Origin: Felis catus
Taxonomy: Eukaryota
DNA length: 64,000 nt
Reading direction: 5' to 3'
Assembly (NCBI RefSeq): GCF_018350175.1
Contig: NC_058373.1
Location: 115,322,001-115,386,000, forward strand
Part shown: positions 63,067 through 64,000 of the stretch, in pieces
How positions within the stretch are numbered: the first letter of the stretch is position 1
How the letters are laid out: each line of letters opens with the position of its first letter
The notes under the pieces: model-generated
The model's input: the letters and a program-made list of their open reading frames with translations, nothing else
The model's database searches: none
What the model was told of the DNA's origin: nothing
Translations under genes and position numbers: made by a program

Positions 63067-63517
63067 TTTTTTTTTTTTAAGTTTATTTATTTATTTTGAG
63101 AGAGAAAGAGAGCACGAGCCCGGGAGGGGAAGAGAGAGAGGGAGAGAGAGAATCCCAAGCAGGCTCTGCACTGTCAGCATCGAGCCTGATGTGGGGCTTG
63201 AACTCATGAACTGTGAAATCATGACCTGAGCCAAAGTCAAGAGCCGGGCGCTTAACTGACTGAGTCACTCAGGTGCCCCCAAATTCTCCCCATTCTTTTT
63301 TTTTTTTTTAATTTTTTAACGTTTATTCATTTTTGAGAGACAGAGACAGAGCACAAGCTGGGGAGGGGCAGAGAGAGAGGGAGATACAGAGTCAGAAGCA
63401 GGCTCCAGGCTCTGAACTGTCAGCAAATAGCCTCTTGTGGGGCTCAAACCACGAACCATGAGATCATGACCTGAGCCGAAGTCAGATGCTTAACTGACTG
63501 AGCCACCCAGGCGCCCC
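63067..63517 (-). mobile_element. Two tandem CAN-SINEs at one target site
   Basis: Three copies of AAATTCTCCCC(A/G)TTCTT at 63048, 63281 and 63519. Confidence 0.9.
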
Positions 63518-64000
63518 AAAATTCTCCCCGTTCTTCAAGCCAATTCACAGTCACCATTTACATGGGGAGCCCTGCTGTATGCTCCTGAGCCCTGGGTTAC
63601 TTATGGTGTTTGATACACCCAGGCTCCTGTGAGGGTCTAAATTCCTTGGGGCGAGGGTCCACACTTGGTTGCCCGGAAGGGCCACGAACTATCCTTTCTC
63701 ACACCAGCTTCCTGCCGCAGGGCTGGCAGGATGCCTCTTGAGCTCTGCCTCCTGCCTGAGTCACAGCCTGGGGAGGCCAGGGGCAGGATTAGGAGCGAGC
63801 GAGCTTGCCTGAGCAGCCCCAGGCCCGCAGACGTCTGCCTTGGTCATTCCATCAGGGGCAAGATCTCGCAGGCTGGCCCAACCGGCCCTCATGCCTTGCA
63901 GAGGATGCCTGACCCGTCCCAGGGCAGGCCGTTAGGACATGAGGCTCACAGCCTGCACTGGTTTTCATTTCCACTTACTCACTGCAGAATTTAGAGTGAT

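Noticed and set aside
25633..63268. Recurrent ORFs like MAQSVKRPTSAQV...SLEPASDSVSPSLS
   Set aside because: Translations of CAN-SINE copies, not a gene family.

Overview
Mammalian genomic DNA, almost certainly a felid: about 32 tRNA-derived CAN-SINEs, several close to the cat-family consensus, plus carnivore L1 3' ends. The only protein-coding piece I can support is exon 1 of SMOC1 on the + strand. ATG 19235 to 19333 encodes MLPARCARLLTPHLLLVLVQLSPARGHRTTGPR, followed by a GTAAGT donor, within a CpG-island/TATA promoter. Bases 1-18.9 kb are upstream intergenic DNA; 19334-64000 is the first ~45 kb of a long intron 1, and I found no exon 2. The rest is largely a layered TE record (MIR, L2, MLT1/ERVL LTRs, hAT and Tigger MITEs, L1, CAN-SINEs) with microsatellites. 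I see no evidence of a new multi-gene system. The best leads are: a piggyBac (Looper-like) relic with recognisable transposase fragments and nested TEs; an out-of-frame uORF overlapping the SMOC1 start; a perfect kB palindrome next to the TATA box; a posterior-HOX motif cluster in proximal intron 1; a MIR-embedded CTCF motif; and several unusual retrotransposition structures. TE family names come from recalled consensus sequences and boundaries are approximate.
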